Virus record (IMG/VR): IMGVR_UViG_3300029305_003110 | Span: 64,001-128,000 of that record | Length of the DNA: 64,000 nucleotides | Direction: 5' to 3' (one strand) | Source: a virus | Taxonomy: Duplodnaviria > Caudoviricetes | Shown: positions 49,510-59,132 of the stretch, piece after piece | Layout of the letters: each line of letters starts with the position of its first letter | Numbering within the stretch: position 1 is the first letter of the stretch | Translations under genes and position numbers: made by a program | Notes under the pieces: model-generated | The model's input: only the letters and a program-made list of their open reading frames with translations | What the model was told of the DNA's origin: nothing | Databases searched by the model: none

Positions 49510-50526
49510 TTAATCATATAAATCTGCAGAAGTCATCTTAAGCATATCTTTTGAAAATTCATCAAAATCATCATAACCACTATCGGTCATAATATCGACT
49601 AATATACTATCAAACTTCTTACTCTTCTTTTTTCTTTTCTTTTCTTTTTTCTTTTTCTTCTTTTCATCAAATAGATCGGTTACACGTTTACTAAAGTTAG
49701 CCTTCTTCATAAGTTTATAGGTATTCCAACCCATATCGTTTAATTTATGATAAACGTTTAAGTCCTCGTTACCTGTACGGGATAGCAATAATCCACCAAA
49801 TACATCATAATCGGAACTTTCTTGATACTGCTCGAAGTCTTTCAGATAATCACTCTTCATAAGATCACTTATGCGGTAATCATTCATTAAATCTCTGTCT
49901 TTATTCTTTTTCTTATTTTTCTTCTTAAGAGATTTCTTAACGCGTTTATTCTTTAATTTAAAATATTCATCAAGGTAATCCACATCGGATTTAAATGATT
50001 TACTCTTTGTAAATCTCATACCTTTATCTAATTCAGTTTCGGCTATCTTTATAGCTTCTTTATTCTTAACGAATGTGGTCGTCGTTTTATCCACATCAAT
50101 CTCACTATAATTTTCATCAAGATACTCCATAAGCTCATCATCATAAATATATCCTTTACCAGAACTTACTATTATTCCTTTTTCATAAGCATTCTTTAAA
50201 AACTTACTGTCTCTAAGTTTTGGCTTATGAGGAACATAGTCTTCTATTATCTCATATTTAATTTTAGCTTTTAATATATCTCGACCACCATGTTTATTAG
50301 CAAGATAATCCATCCATTCATTATACAATGCGATAGCATCATTAAACTCGTTTAAATCTTTATATCTTCTACGAATTTTACGAACTTCTTGTTCAAATTC
50401 GCTAGAAGGTTCTCCTTCAAGCCTATGATAATTGTCATCATAGTCCCATACATAGACATTAAATAACGATTCGTTAGCTTGTTTAAACCTAGATGAACCA
50501 TTATCTATTGTTACATTAATTTCCAT
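49510..50526 (-). CDS. Hypothetical protein with Lys-rich tracts
   Basis: Two poly-Lys segments; first gene after the early-type motif at 50564. Confidence 0.6.
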   Translation of the reverse strand: MEINVTIDNGSSRFKQANESLFNVYVWDYDDNYHRLEGEPSSEFEQEVRKIRRRYKDLNEFNDAIALYNEWMDYLANKHGGRDILKAKIKYEIIEDYVPHKPKLRDSKFLKNAYEKGIIVSSGKGYIYDDELMEYLDENYSEIDVDKTTTTFVKNKEAIKIAETELDKGMRFTKSKSFKSDVDYLDEYFKLKNKRVKKSLKKKNKKKNKDRDLMNDYRISDLMKSDYLKDFEQYQESSDYDVFGGLLLSRTGNEDLNVYHKLNDMGWNTYKLMKKANFSKRVTDLFDEKKKKKKEKKRKKKSKKFDSILVDIMTDSGYDDFDEFSKDMLKMTSADLYD

Positions 50527-50581
50527 GAATTCACACCCTCCATATTTATTAGTTGATATACATATAATATATAAACTAATT

Positions 50582-51136
50582 TTATTTCTTATTTGTAGTT
50601 ATTTTTTTCATTTGCTTATAGGTGGATTTAACAATTTTATCGCATTTTTTATTTTGTTGGTAAATAAATATGAACTTATTTAATGAAATATTGCATGAGT
50701 TTTCAATACAAAATTCATAATAATTTCGTTTTATCCATTTGGTACCAACGTGCGATTTTATATGGAAAAAAGATATTTTATCTTCACCAATCTTATTAAT
50801 TAATTCCACAATTTCTTTAACTAAATAATCATATACATAGTTAATTTCTTCACCTAATAATGCCGAATTGATTATATTGATAGATATTAATGAATCAGTA
50901 TATACCTCAATACAATAATCGGTATCATCATCCATTTGGGATATCATTCCATATGATCTTGATATGGCTTTCTTTATTGCAAAGATTTCGGAATAATTAC
51001 TATTTTTGCCCTCGATAAATTTTTTAAATGTAAGAGCATTTTTCCCATCAATACATATTAATCCAACAGATACAGCTATTGATTTATATTTAAAAGCTCC
51101 GCCGTCTGTGAATATTTGTATCAGTTTTTGACTCAT
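50582..51136 (-). CDS. Ribonuclease H-like protein
   Basis: IFTDGG, SNYSEIFAI, VYTDS, HIKSH, NKKCDKI (D-E-D-D catalytic set). Confidence 0.8.
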   Translation of the reverse strand: MSQKLIQIFTDGGAFKYKSIAVSVGLICIDGKNALTFKKFIEGKNSNYSEIFAIKKAISRSYGMISQMDDDTDYCIEVYTDSLISINIINSALLGEEINYVYDYLVKEIVELINKIGEDKISFFHIKSHVGTKWIKRNYYEFCIENSCNISLNKFIFIYQQNKKCDKIVKSTYKQMKKITTNKK

Positions 51137-51208
51137 AATCTATATTCACCTCGATACAACATAAATATATCCGAATAACATTTTTTAGTGTTATTCGGAT
51201 ATAAATAA

Positions 51209-51865
51209 TTATCTTTCTATAATTTGTGGTAATGTAAATCCTTCTACCGTTAAATATACATATCTCTTTTCAAGTATAGAAGTATCTGCATTGTTAATGT
51301 CTTTAGACAATTTCAATTTCATTTCCAGCATATTATTAATTTCACTAGGAATATACTGAGCATATTCTTTTAAGAATTTAACATAGTCTCCATATACATT
51401 TTGTAATGGAATAAATAACTTTCCATCATGAACTAACTGATGTGGAGTTGTTGATAGTGGAATTAATCCGACCATGTCTTTATAATGAAGTTTCATGACT
51501 TCATCAGAGATTAACAATGGATTTAATTCTCTATCTTCGTCAATGAATTTTTCAACAACTATCTGCGTAATATCAAATAATGTAAATGGTTCATGATGTA
51601 TTTCGATACCAATGGACGTATTATTTTTTGAAGAAACATTTTCGAAGAAAGAACAACAGGTCATATCGATTTCATCTTTAAGAAATTTTATATACTGTTT
51701 ATATTCCAATGAACGACGTACTATCCTTTCAACTGTTTTAATTAAGTTAATTTTGTCTTTATCGTTAATGACAACATAAGTTTTCTCGACAGGAGAAACC
51801 TTCGGAATGTCCATATTGGTAATTAATAAATTATTTTCATAATTTTCTATTGTCGGAAGTCGCAT
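51209..51865 (-). CDS. HNH-like protein (paralog of 45043..45696)
   Basis: CCSFFENV, IEIHHEPFTLFD, PLSTTPHQLVH. Confidence 0.55.
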   Translation of the reverse strand: MRLPTIENYENNLLITNMDIPKVSPVEKTYVVINDKDKINLIKTVERIVRRSLEYKQYIKFLKDEIDMTCCSFFENVSSKNNTSIGIEIHHEPFTLFDITQIVVEKFIDEDRELNPLLISDEVMKLHYKDMVGLIPLSTTPHQLVHDGKLFIPLQNVYGDYVKFLKEYAQYIPSEINNMLEMKLKLSKDINNADTSILEKRYVYLTVEGFTLPQIIER

Positions 51866-51913
51866 TATTATATCACCTCTTTCAATGGTTCTTATAATAA
51901 TGTTATTCGGCGT

Positions 51914-52441
51914 TTACTCATTTATAATAGTATATTTGATATATTTATTGATATCAAATATATCTTCATATAAAAATTCCTCTTCTATAGAAATACTATT
52001 CTCTATAGTCTCTAATATTTTAGTAAAAGATGTTATTATTAAATCAAATTCCAATTTTTTAAATTTTATAAATTCTATTTTTTCACAAAGTTTAGTAAGG
52101 CAAGCGTCTAATATCATAACATCATCCCTAAATGAATCGTGAACTATATCTATTTCATAATTAAATAATGGATATTTATATAATATTTCTGCACCATACT
52201 CATATCTGAAATAATCCAGCTCAGTCTGTTTAAACTCACTACTATTAAGGATATTTTTATCTATTTTATTCTTAGATACTTTTATTATTTTATATTTATT
52301 TGGGCGAATTTTTAAAAATTGATCTAGTGCCCGTTTATCAGTGGTGTGTCCTACAAATTTATCTTTTTTATATATTAAATAGATTTTAATAATAACCACC
52401 ACCCAGTTCTTTATTGACTTTAACATTCTTTTTAATCTCAT
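51914..52441 (-). CDS. Hypothetical protein (family with 52386 and 59656)
   Basis: IYLI.K...VG.T.DK..L..F...R N-terminal pattern. Start probably downstream of 52441. Confidence 0.5.
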   Translation of the reverse strand: MRLKRMLKSIKNWVVVIIKIYLIYKKDKFVGHTTDKRALDQFLKIRPNKYKIIKVSKNKIDKNILNSSEFKQTELDYFRYEYGAEILYKYPLFNYEIDIVHDSFRDDVMILDACLTKLCEKIEFIKFKKLEFDLIITSFTKILETIENSISIEEEFLYEDIFDINKYIKYTIINE

Positions 52442-52925
52442 TATATAAAAGATTTTCTATAAACCATTGCAACGCATTAGCATATGACCAATAATGCATG
52501 TCGGTACCCGTATCTTCATCATATAATGTACCATGCTTCATAGCATGTATGTATTCTGCGATTTCTTCAAGTAATGGTCTCAATATTTCTTTTTCATCAT
52601 CATCAAATTTTAAATATGATAATAATTTTAATCCAGTTTCAAAATGTCTTGTTAAATCAATTTTATATTGTTCAAAAGAGCCCAAAAAATATGCTTCTTC
52701 ATCTGAAAATAAAAATACACCATATATTTTAAGAGCTTCATTTGACGAATTCATATCTATATTCTTTTTATTGGGGTCGAACTTAAGATATGAATAATTT
52801 CCTTTTCTTTGCGATATTAATTCTTTAGCATCAATTTTATCACAGCAATAGCCTCTAACGCCCTTTTCATTACCAACGAGGTATATATAGTTATCTTTAT
52901 TCTTTTTAGACATACTTATCACCAA
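52386..52925 (-). CDS. Hypothetical protein (family with 51914 and 59656)
   Basis: IYLVGNEKGVRGYCCDK..A..L..QR and YLKF.DDE. Confidence 0.55.
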   Translation of the reverse strand: MVISMSKKNKDNYIYLVGNEKGVRGYCCDKIDAKELISQRKGNYSYLKFDPNKKNIDMNSSNEALKIYGVFLFSDEEAYFLGSFEQYKIDLTRHFETGLKLLSYLKFDDDEKEILRPLLEEIAEYIHAMKHGTLYDEDTGTDMHYWSYANALQWFIENLLYNEIKKNVKVNKELGGGYY

Positions 52926-53175
52926 ACTCTTTATTTAATTTTTTAATCTTTAATACACTAGACGCGTCTTTTATAGATTTTGACTTTTTAATACTTTCTA
53001 ATTTATCATCTAATAACGATAATGCTTGTTTTAATTCTTTATTAAATTTTTTATCAGTATTTAAGAATTTAACAAATCTGCGCATTTCTCTAAGTTCGAT
53101 TTCCAATTCTTCAGCAAATTTTTCAATTTTAATTTTTGTATCAAAATCACCATTCCCCATAGATATCACCACCAA
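52906..53175 (-). CDS. Small helical hypothetical protein
   Basis: 89-aa ORF overlapping the downstream gene. Confidence 0.5.
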   Translation of the reverse strand: MVVISMGNGDFDTKIKIEKFAEELEIELREMRRFVKFLNTDKKFNKELKQALSLLDDKLESIKKSKSIKDASSVLKIKKLNKEFGDKYV

Positions 53176-53235
53176 TAAAACTAAAATAAATTAGAGATAG
53201 ATATATTTTTATATCTATCTCTAATAATATAATTA

Positions 53236-53778
53236 TTATAAAAGTTCTTTAGATAATGCTAATAACGACTGAATCAAATTCTTATCACTAGTCATATATA
53301 TAACATTATCGTACTGATTTATTATTTCTATTGCTTTAGTCAACATTTCATGGTCCATATCAGGATCTAATCTGACGATAACATATTTACTCTTAATCAT
53401 TTCTGATTCGAAGTTTTCTTTCAATTTATCGACAGAAGAAACTCCATCAGTTGCATGAATATTGAATAAAACTATTTCGGATTTCATCATCATTCTTGCA
53501 ACCCATCTTGTGTATTTCTCCTGGTCATAATTTTCATCCATAAGCATTGTTGTATCAACAATATCCATCGGAACCTTATTATTCATTATCATTTCAATAA
53601 CTTGGTGTTTCCATTGATATTGGTTAAATACATGGTCTACGAGAATAATAGTTACAGCATTCCAGTATGGACTAATCAATCTATAATTTGATTGTTCTAA
53701 GACTCCTGCCTTTTGGGATTGAACCTTCTCCTGAATTTTCTTATTATTTCTCTTTTTGTTTTTTTGATTTTTACCCAT
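53236..53778 (-). CDS. Hypothetical protein, weak nucleoside 2-deoxyribosyltransferase-like fold
   Basis: WKHQVIE and W..RMMMKSEIVLF pattern. Has its own early-type motif and terminator. Catalytic residues not evident. Confidence 0.35.
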   Translation of the reverse strand: MGKNQKNKKRNNKKIQEKVQSQKAGVLEQSNYRLISPYWNAVTIILVDHVFNQYQWKHQVIEMIMNNKVPMDIVDTTMLMDENYDQEKYTRWVARMMMKSEIVLFNIHATDGVSSVDKLKENFESEMIKSKYVIVRLDPDMDHEMLTKAIEIINQYDNVIYMTSDKNLIQSLLALSKELL

Positions 53779-53897
53779 ATTTAATTCCTCCTATTTTATT
53801 TTTTTTAATTGTATAGTAATAATATATACTTTAAAAAAATATAAAGGAATAATTATAAAATGAAATTATTCCTTTATATTTAAGGTGGGTTGTGAAT

Positions 53898-54326
53898 TTA
53901 CTTATTGTTCTTTTTTATATCGACCAATGTTTTTTCAATTAAATTCGTTATGTATATTTCCAAATTACCAAATACTTTAGTCAATACTTCTTTCATTTCA
54001 TCAGACATCATATTGAGCATCATGTCTAGTGCAGTTTTTCGTATTTCTGCAACTTCTTCTTCAGTTAATTTTCCATCTGAAGCTTTAGCTCTGTATTCTT
54101 TTACAATAGTAGCATTCAACGATTCTACTACTTTTACCGCATTATCTGCGGCATACGATACAAACATAGCAATCTTCTCGTTATTTGTTTTTTCGAGAAT
54201 TTCTTGCTTTTTAGTATTGATGAATTTAGTAATTAGTGCAGCGAGATATGAGAATATTGCGAGAAGTAAAATACTGCCACCATTATCCAAAAGAACATCA
54301 ATGTTGCTTAAAAAATTACCATCCAT
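53898..54326 (-). CDS. Holin (LL-H-like)
   Basis: N-terminal TM helix, DGKLTEEE, YITNLIE. Confidence 0.7.
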   Translation of the reverse strand: MDGNFLSNIDVLLDNGGSILLLAIFSYLAALITKFINTKKQEILEKTNNEKIAMFVSYAADNAVKVVESLNATIVKEYRAKASDGKLTEEEVAEIRKTALDMMLNMMSDEMKEVLTKVFGNLEIYITNLIEKTLVDIKKNNK

Positions 54327-54369
54327 TTAATATACACTCCTCTCAAAATGTTTATTAAATATATGTATA

Positions 54370-54993
54370 TTAAATTACAAACGCGTCAATACCTTTTTCT
54401 TTAAGCTCTTTTGCAAACTTTTCAGCTACTCTTCTATTAGTTCCCACAGCAGCTTGTACTCTATAAACTTTATCACTCTTCATTTCAATGTCATCAGCAA
54501 GATATCTGCGAATAGCTTTTGCTATAGCACACCCGATAACTTCTGTAGATTTTATTTCTGAAAATATTGTGATGGATGGATAAAGTATCTCTATTTTAAC
54601 CGATGGAATAACGTTTGATAAATTCTGATCAGTTTCACATTTTACGCCAAGACCCTTGATACGTGATTTGTTTCGTCTTATTTCTTTATAAATTCGTATT
54701 GCACAGTTTTTACTCACTCTGTCGTCTTCTGGATATGATGCTCGGATTTTAAAGCCACCTTCAACATATTTGTGCGAAATGTGACAAAACAAAGTTGCCT
54801 TCATTTTTTCTGCCTCATCATCTCTTTTATTTATTTCTGTGGATTTAGCTGCAGTAAACACGGAAATTCCTCTTGAACGCAATTCCCTATCCACAATTTT
54901 GGCAATTTTTTCAGAATATTTATAATCACCGTGTTCTAAAAAAGGAAACGGTTTTTCTACAGCTATTGGTGACAAATAAACTATTTGACTCAT
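54370..54993 (-). CDS. Amidase_3-like protein with C-terminal SPOR domain, active site degenerate
   Basis: VYLSP, R...A....A.LF..ISH, PSVKIE, AIAKAI..YL, VYRVQAAV..NR..AE.FAKELKEKGIDAFV. Confidence 0.65.
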   Translation of the reverse strand: MSQIVYLSPIAVEKPFPFLEHGDYKYSEKIAKIVDRELRSRGISVFTAAKSTEINKRDDEAEKMKATLFCHISHKYVEGGFKIRASYPEDDRVSKNCAIRIYKEIRRNKSRIKGLGVKCETDQNLSNVIPSVKIEILYPSITIFSEIKSTEVIGCAIAKAIRRYLADDIEMKSDKVYRVQAAVGTNRRVAEKFAKELKEKGIDAFVI

Positions 54994-55006
54994 ACGGAAT
55001 CCCTCC

Positions 55007-55480
55007 TTAAAAATATTTATTAACAGTATTTAACAAAATCTGTTCCAATTCTGAACTATAACCAAATCTATCTTTATTACATTTAATAGATTCCTTTATG
55101 TCCCCATTAGAATGTCTCATGCTTGCGGCTTTCCAATCACAAATCATTTCGACCAAATCAACTAAAGTCATTCCAAGAATACCATCATCGTGGTATTCTG
55201 GGTGATGGGGATTATGTTTATAGTGATGGTCTAATGCGACATTCATTTCTTTTAAAAAATCTTTATATTCATCAGACATATAAGTGGAATTTTTAAGTTT
55301 TGGAGTATACTCATCAAAAATCTCTTTTTCCGGAGATTTTAATTTTGAATCATCATGCGTTGTTGCTCGCAAAATCAATTCATCAATAAGTATTCTCATA
55401 TTTTCCTTTACATGAGATTTATGCTCTAATGTATCATTAGAGCTAGAATATTTCGGTATAGAAGTATTTCCAAAAATCAT
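55007..55480 (-). CDS. HD-like protein (DUF5662-like)
   Basis: TLEHKSHV, HDDSKL..PE, ALDHHYKHNPHHPE, EMICDW. Confidence 0.75.
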   Translation of the reverse strand: MIFGNTSIPKYSSSNDTLEHKSHVKENMRILIDELILRATTHDDSKLKSPEKEIFDEYTPKLKNSTYMSDEYKDFLKEMNVALDHHYKHNPHHPEYHDDGILGMTLVDLVEMICDWKAASMRHSNGDIKESIKCNKDRFGYSSELEQILLNTVNKYF

Positions 55481-55495
55481 TTTAGTTCACCTCAC

Positions 55496-55681
55496 TTAAA
55501 TAGTTAAAAGCCAGATTATTATATTATATATACTTACCATAGTGCATGTTAATAATATTATCATAAATAATGAATTGATATTTAACTTTTTTATATTACA
55601 CATTAATATTACGCATATGGTTAAAATTATACATGACATTGCAAACAATGCATCGTTTAATGACAAAACCATTACAATCAC
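55496..55681 (-). CDS. Small two-TM protein
   Basis: Hydrophobic 61-aa ORF coupled to thyX. Confidence 0.5.
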   Translation of the reverse strand: MIVMVLSLNDALFAMSCIILTICVILMCNIKKLNINSLFMIILLTCTMVSIYNIIIWLLTI

Positions 55682-57000
55682 TCTTTTTTATATTTTTCTT
55701 TAAGTTCTGCTGATCGACCACAACTCATTTTCCCTTCTTTACATACACCATATACACAAGGCGGTAAAGCATTTTTAAATATAGTCGGTGAAATTTTAAC
55801 CAAACTATCGTATTTTTTGGTATACATATTTCTTATCTCTTCCTGTGCAGTTAGGCATAAACGTTCTCTAAATATAAATGTATCATTTCTAGCATTAGAA
55901 GACACAATAAATTTTATATAAAAACAGTTTAAGAATAAAGGATAATAATACTCATGATTAACAGAACTTATGTTATTAAATAGGAATGTTTTATATTCTG
56001 AAACCAAATCAACATATTCATCATAAAAATCAGAGTTCTCAATTGTTTTAGGAACATAGAAATCTCTATATTTGTCGTATATTAACATATCTAAATCTTC
56101 TGTGTATATATTTTGCAATCTATGTCTTATCACTTGATGATATGCTGATAATGAGCATGACATGCCATAAGTTGTTCTCGATTGTTCGAGTATACCCATA
56201 TGTCCATATCCAAATGCCACTCGATTTATTAATCCTTCGGTTTTAGCTTCTTTATCATCCCACGAGTTGTATACTTCTAAACCAGAACAACTATTTGTAC
56301 TTGTGAGTGCACCAATTGCTATATTGTCGTCTGAATTTATTGAATCAACACTTACAATGTCGCCAGGGTTAATCATATGAAGTAATGGGTCGTAAACTGA
56401 ATGTATTAATTTATAATCTTCGTTAAGAGAAAACGCTAAACCGTAAAGTTTAGCATGTAAAGTGCTTCCTATATACAAGTTCAGTTTAGTTGTAACATCT
56501 TTAAATACTATTGGATATTTAAAACATAATCGATACAGATCAACCAATTTATCACCACTCATAGTTACTGCAATATTTGTAGTCGTTGCTAAAGGCAATA
56601 TGTATCTAGCATCTTCATATGGTATTCCATGCACAAAATCATCAGCAGTCAAACGACCTTTTTTATTAGGGTCTTTCAATTCTGTCATTTTCTCATATAA
56701 ATGAAAAGATTTGTGTATCAATTCTTTAGCATTTCCGTGTTCTGTAACATAACTATCAAAATGTGGATGGAGCACATATGAGTCCGCACCCATACCAACA
56801 TATCTCTGTGATTGCTGAACGTATGAATCTCCTAATTCGCACAATAACATACTTTGTACTCTATTAGCCCCAGTTATAAGAAAACTAATATTAGCAGTTT
56901 TAAGAATAGTTCTCATAGTATGTTCATTTGCTTGGAATTTTTTGTCAAGTTCCATATTAATCATATTCAACATACTCATTTTAAAATTTTCAATTTTCAT
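55678..57000 (-). CDS. thyX: FAD-dependent thymidylate synthase, tandem-domain type
   Basis: SYVQQSQRYV, GIPYEDARYILP, GHMGILEQ, HQVIRHR, ERLCLTAQEEIR. Confidence 0.88.
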   Translation of the reverse strand: MKIENFKMSMLNMINMELDKKFQANEHTMRTILKTANISFLITGANRVQSMLLCELGDSYVQQSQRYVGMGADSYVLHPHFDSYVTEHGNAKELIHKSFHLYEKMTELKDPNKKGRLTADDFVHGIPYEDARYILPLATTTNIAVTMSGDKLVDLYRLCFKYPIVFKDVTTKLNLYIGSTLHAKLYGLAFSLNEDYKLIHSVYDPLLHMINPGDIVSVDSINSDDNIAIGALTSTNSCSGLEVYNSWDDKEAKTEGLINRVAFGYGHMGILEQSRTTYGMSCSLSAYHQVIRHRLQNIYTEDLDMLIYDKYRDFYVPKTIENSDFYDEYVDLVSEYKTFLFNNISSVNHEYYYPLFLNCFYIKFIVSSNARNDTFIFRERLCLTAQEEIRNMYTKKYDSLVKISPTIFKNALPPCVYGVCKEGKMSCGRSAELKEKYKKE

Positions 57001-57149
57001 TGCATTTTCCTCCTTATTTTTAAATCCGTTATAAATTACTGACTTGTTTATAAAATAGTATTTTTTAACATTTTGGGTATATATTATTTATGTAAGATTA
57101 AAGAAATTTAATCAAATATATTTTATTTAAAAAAGGAGTATCAAACATC

Positions 57150-58034
57150 ATGAAAGAACAGAAAGTAACAAACAAGTTAGAAGAATTGCTTGAAAAAGCA
57201 TCCATTGGTGGAGGAAACATAACAAAGCGTGACTTAAAAGGTATCGAAATAACTTCAACAGAAGCTCGTTTTCTTGTTGAAAGATATTATGATATGCAAA
57301 AAGCACGTATTGCTACAGGTAATCAAAAGTTCGCGAATGAACAAAATGAAACAGAATCAGGAATTCTTAAACTTATAGTCCAGTCATATAGAGATATGGA
57401 AGACTTGATAAGAAAGATTCTGGATATATATGTCGACAGTCACCCCGTAGGTCAGTGGTTAAAATCCATAATCGGAATAGGACCAGTTCTGGCTGCAGGA
57501 CTTCTTGCATATATAGATATGAGTAAAGCTCAAACAGCAGGAGCTATTTGGAAATATGCTGGATGGGATGTTGGTTATAAAAGACCAAAGAGAGGTGTAA
57601 AGCAAGATTACAATCCTAAGTTTAGAACACTTTGTTGGAAAATTGGAGATTGCTTTATTAAATGTCAAAATAATAAAAACGATATATATGGTCATTTATA
57701 CAAAGAGAAAAAGGAATGGTATATTGAAAAGAATGAAGCTGGTGGATTTGCTGATAAAGCTGCATATGAGTTATCATTAAAGAATTATAAAACAACTTCA
57801 GAACCTTATAAATACTATTCCGAAGGTAAATTGCCTGCGGGTCACATTAATGCTATGGCATCCCGTTTTGCTGTAAAGATTTTCTTATCACACTTATTTG
57901 AAGTATGGTATAAATATGAGCATAACGGTGAAATGCCACCAAAACCATTTGTTGAAGAACATATGGGTCATGTCCATATTATTAAAGCTCCAAATATGGA
58001 AATAATTGATAATTACATAGCTACAAAAGCATAA
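57150..58034 (+). CDS. IS110-related Nop-domain protein without RuvC domain (TIGR-Tas TasA-like)
   Basis: LVERYYDMQKARIATGNQ coiled coil, WLKSIIGIGPVLAAGLLA, IWKYAG, YNPKFRTLCW, GHINAMASRFAVKIFLSHLFEVW. No DEDD RuvC and no SG motif of IS110 Tnp. Confidence 0.65.
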   Translation: MKEQKVTNKLEELLEKASIGGGNITKRDLKGIEITSTEARFLVERYYDMQKARIATGNQKFANEQNETESGILKLIVQSYRDMEDLIRKILDIYVDSHPVGQWLKSIIGIGPVLAAGLLAYIDMSKAQTAGAIWKYAGWDVGYKRPKRGVKQDYNPKFRTLCWKIGDCFIKCQNNKNDIYGHLYKEKKEWYIEKNEAGGFADKAAYELSLKNYKTTSEPYKYYSEGKLPAGHINAMASRFAVKIFLSHLFEVWYKYEHNGEMPPKPFVEEHMGHVHIIKAPNMEIIDNYIATKA

Positions 58035-58050
58035 TTATCAAAAAAAAAAT

Positions 58051-58090
58051 AAATAAAGGTAATGGACGGTTAAATCCATTACCTTTATTT
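58051..58090. terminator. Bidirectional terminator
   Basis: aaataaaggtaatgga/tccattacctttattt stem flanked by A and T runs. Confidence 0.8.
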
Positions 58091-58092
58091 TT

Positions 58093-59019
58093 TTATATCA
58101 TTTTTATGTGTGTTCCGTGAATATATCCTTCATCATTATCATATTTTATTTTATACCAACCATCTGGTGTTATATCGAGTATATTAACTTGCGATAATTT
58201 TGGTATAGTTCTAATTTCCTTAGATTTATAAATTCTCGGATGACGCCTTATGTGCGAACCTCCATTGGATATTATTATCCCTTTCCGTTCAACCCCATCA
58301 TATGTGTTATATATATGCTTATTTTTACTATATACAATCAATGCAGAAGGTGAACGTCTTTCTTTAAATATTGATTTATTTACAGTTTCATTTCTATATA
58401 TCATTTGGGATGACCTATTTCCTATATCAAAAGCTATTTTACATCCAAGGTCTATCATTAATTCCGAAGATTGTTTTATAGTTAATCCTCTATTTAATAA
58501 TCCTTTTTTATCGACAACACATAGAACAAAATCACCATTATGTTTTTGACCAAGTAAAGTTCTTTGATTTCTTTTTCTTGGTTGTTCCGGCATAACAAAT
58601 AATTCATCTTCAGTCATATGATAATTTCGTTTACCATTAATAACTAAAGTCCACATGCACCTAATAGCCCATTTGGCGCCTAGTTGATAATCTACATACC
58701 GTTCAGGATTAGTGGTATATTCTGCAGATAATATACCATTATTCCATAAAACAGCAATAGGATATTGATCTAATAATTTGGTATAGTATAGGTCTTCTTC
58801 TGATATTGATGATATATACTCGGGATGATTATCTAGTGCAGAAAATCCTCCGTTTACTTTTAAAATAACTTCTTCATCTTTATTAGGCGTACCATCTATT
58901 TTAGATATATATTCCATTTTATTATTTCCTACGGAAACATCTAACCTACAATCATCTGTAGAAAATTCAAATATATGACAATCAGATGAATATTTACGTA
59001 GTTTTTTATATTTATACAT
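58093..59019 (-). CDS. Phosphodiester glycosidase (NAGPA-like) with C-terminal SH3b
   Basis: VNGGF, RTLLGQK.NG..VL.VVD, GLTI.Q..ELM.DLGC..A.D.G, and the SH3b pattern IR..P....GWYKIKY...GYIH. Confidence 0.7.
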   Translation of the reverse strand: MYKYKKLRKYSSDCHIFEFSTDDCRLDVSVGNNKMEYISKIDGTPNKDEEVILKVNGGFSALDNHPEYISSISEEDLYYTKLLDQYPIAVLWNNGILSAEYTTNPERYVDYQLGAKWAIRCMWTLVINGKRNYHMTEDELFVMPEQPRKRNQRTLLGQKHNGDFVLCVVDKKGLLNRGLTIKQSSELMIDLGCKIAFDIGNRSSQMIYRNETVNKSIFKERRSPSALIVYSKNKHIYNTYDGVERKGIIISNGGSHIRRHPRIYKSKEIRTIPKLSQVNILDITPDGWYKIKYDNDEGYIHGTHIKMI

Positions 59020-59132
59020 TAATATTACCCCCTCAAATTTCTTTTTAAATAAAAAAAGAAATTGATATTTATTATAAAGTTTTTATAGTTTTTAAAAATA
59101 ACATAGATAGATAGAATGTAAAATCATTCTAT

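Noticed and set aside
57001-58092. Active IS110 insertion sequence or adjacent TIGR array
   Set aside because: No RuvC domain or catalytic SG motif. The flanks are short and hold only promoters, an RBS and a terminator, with no periodic repeats visible.
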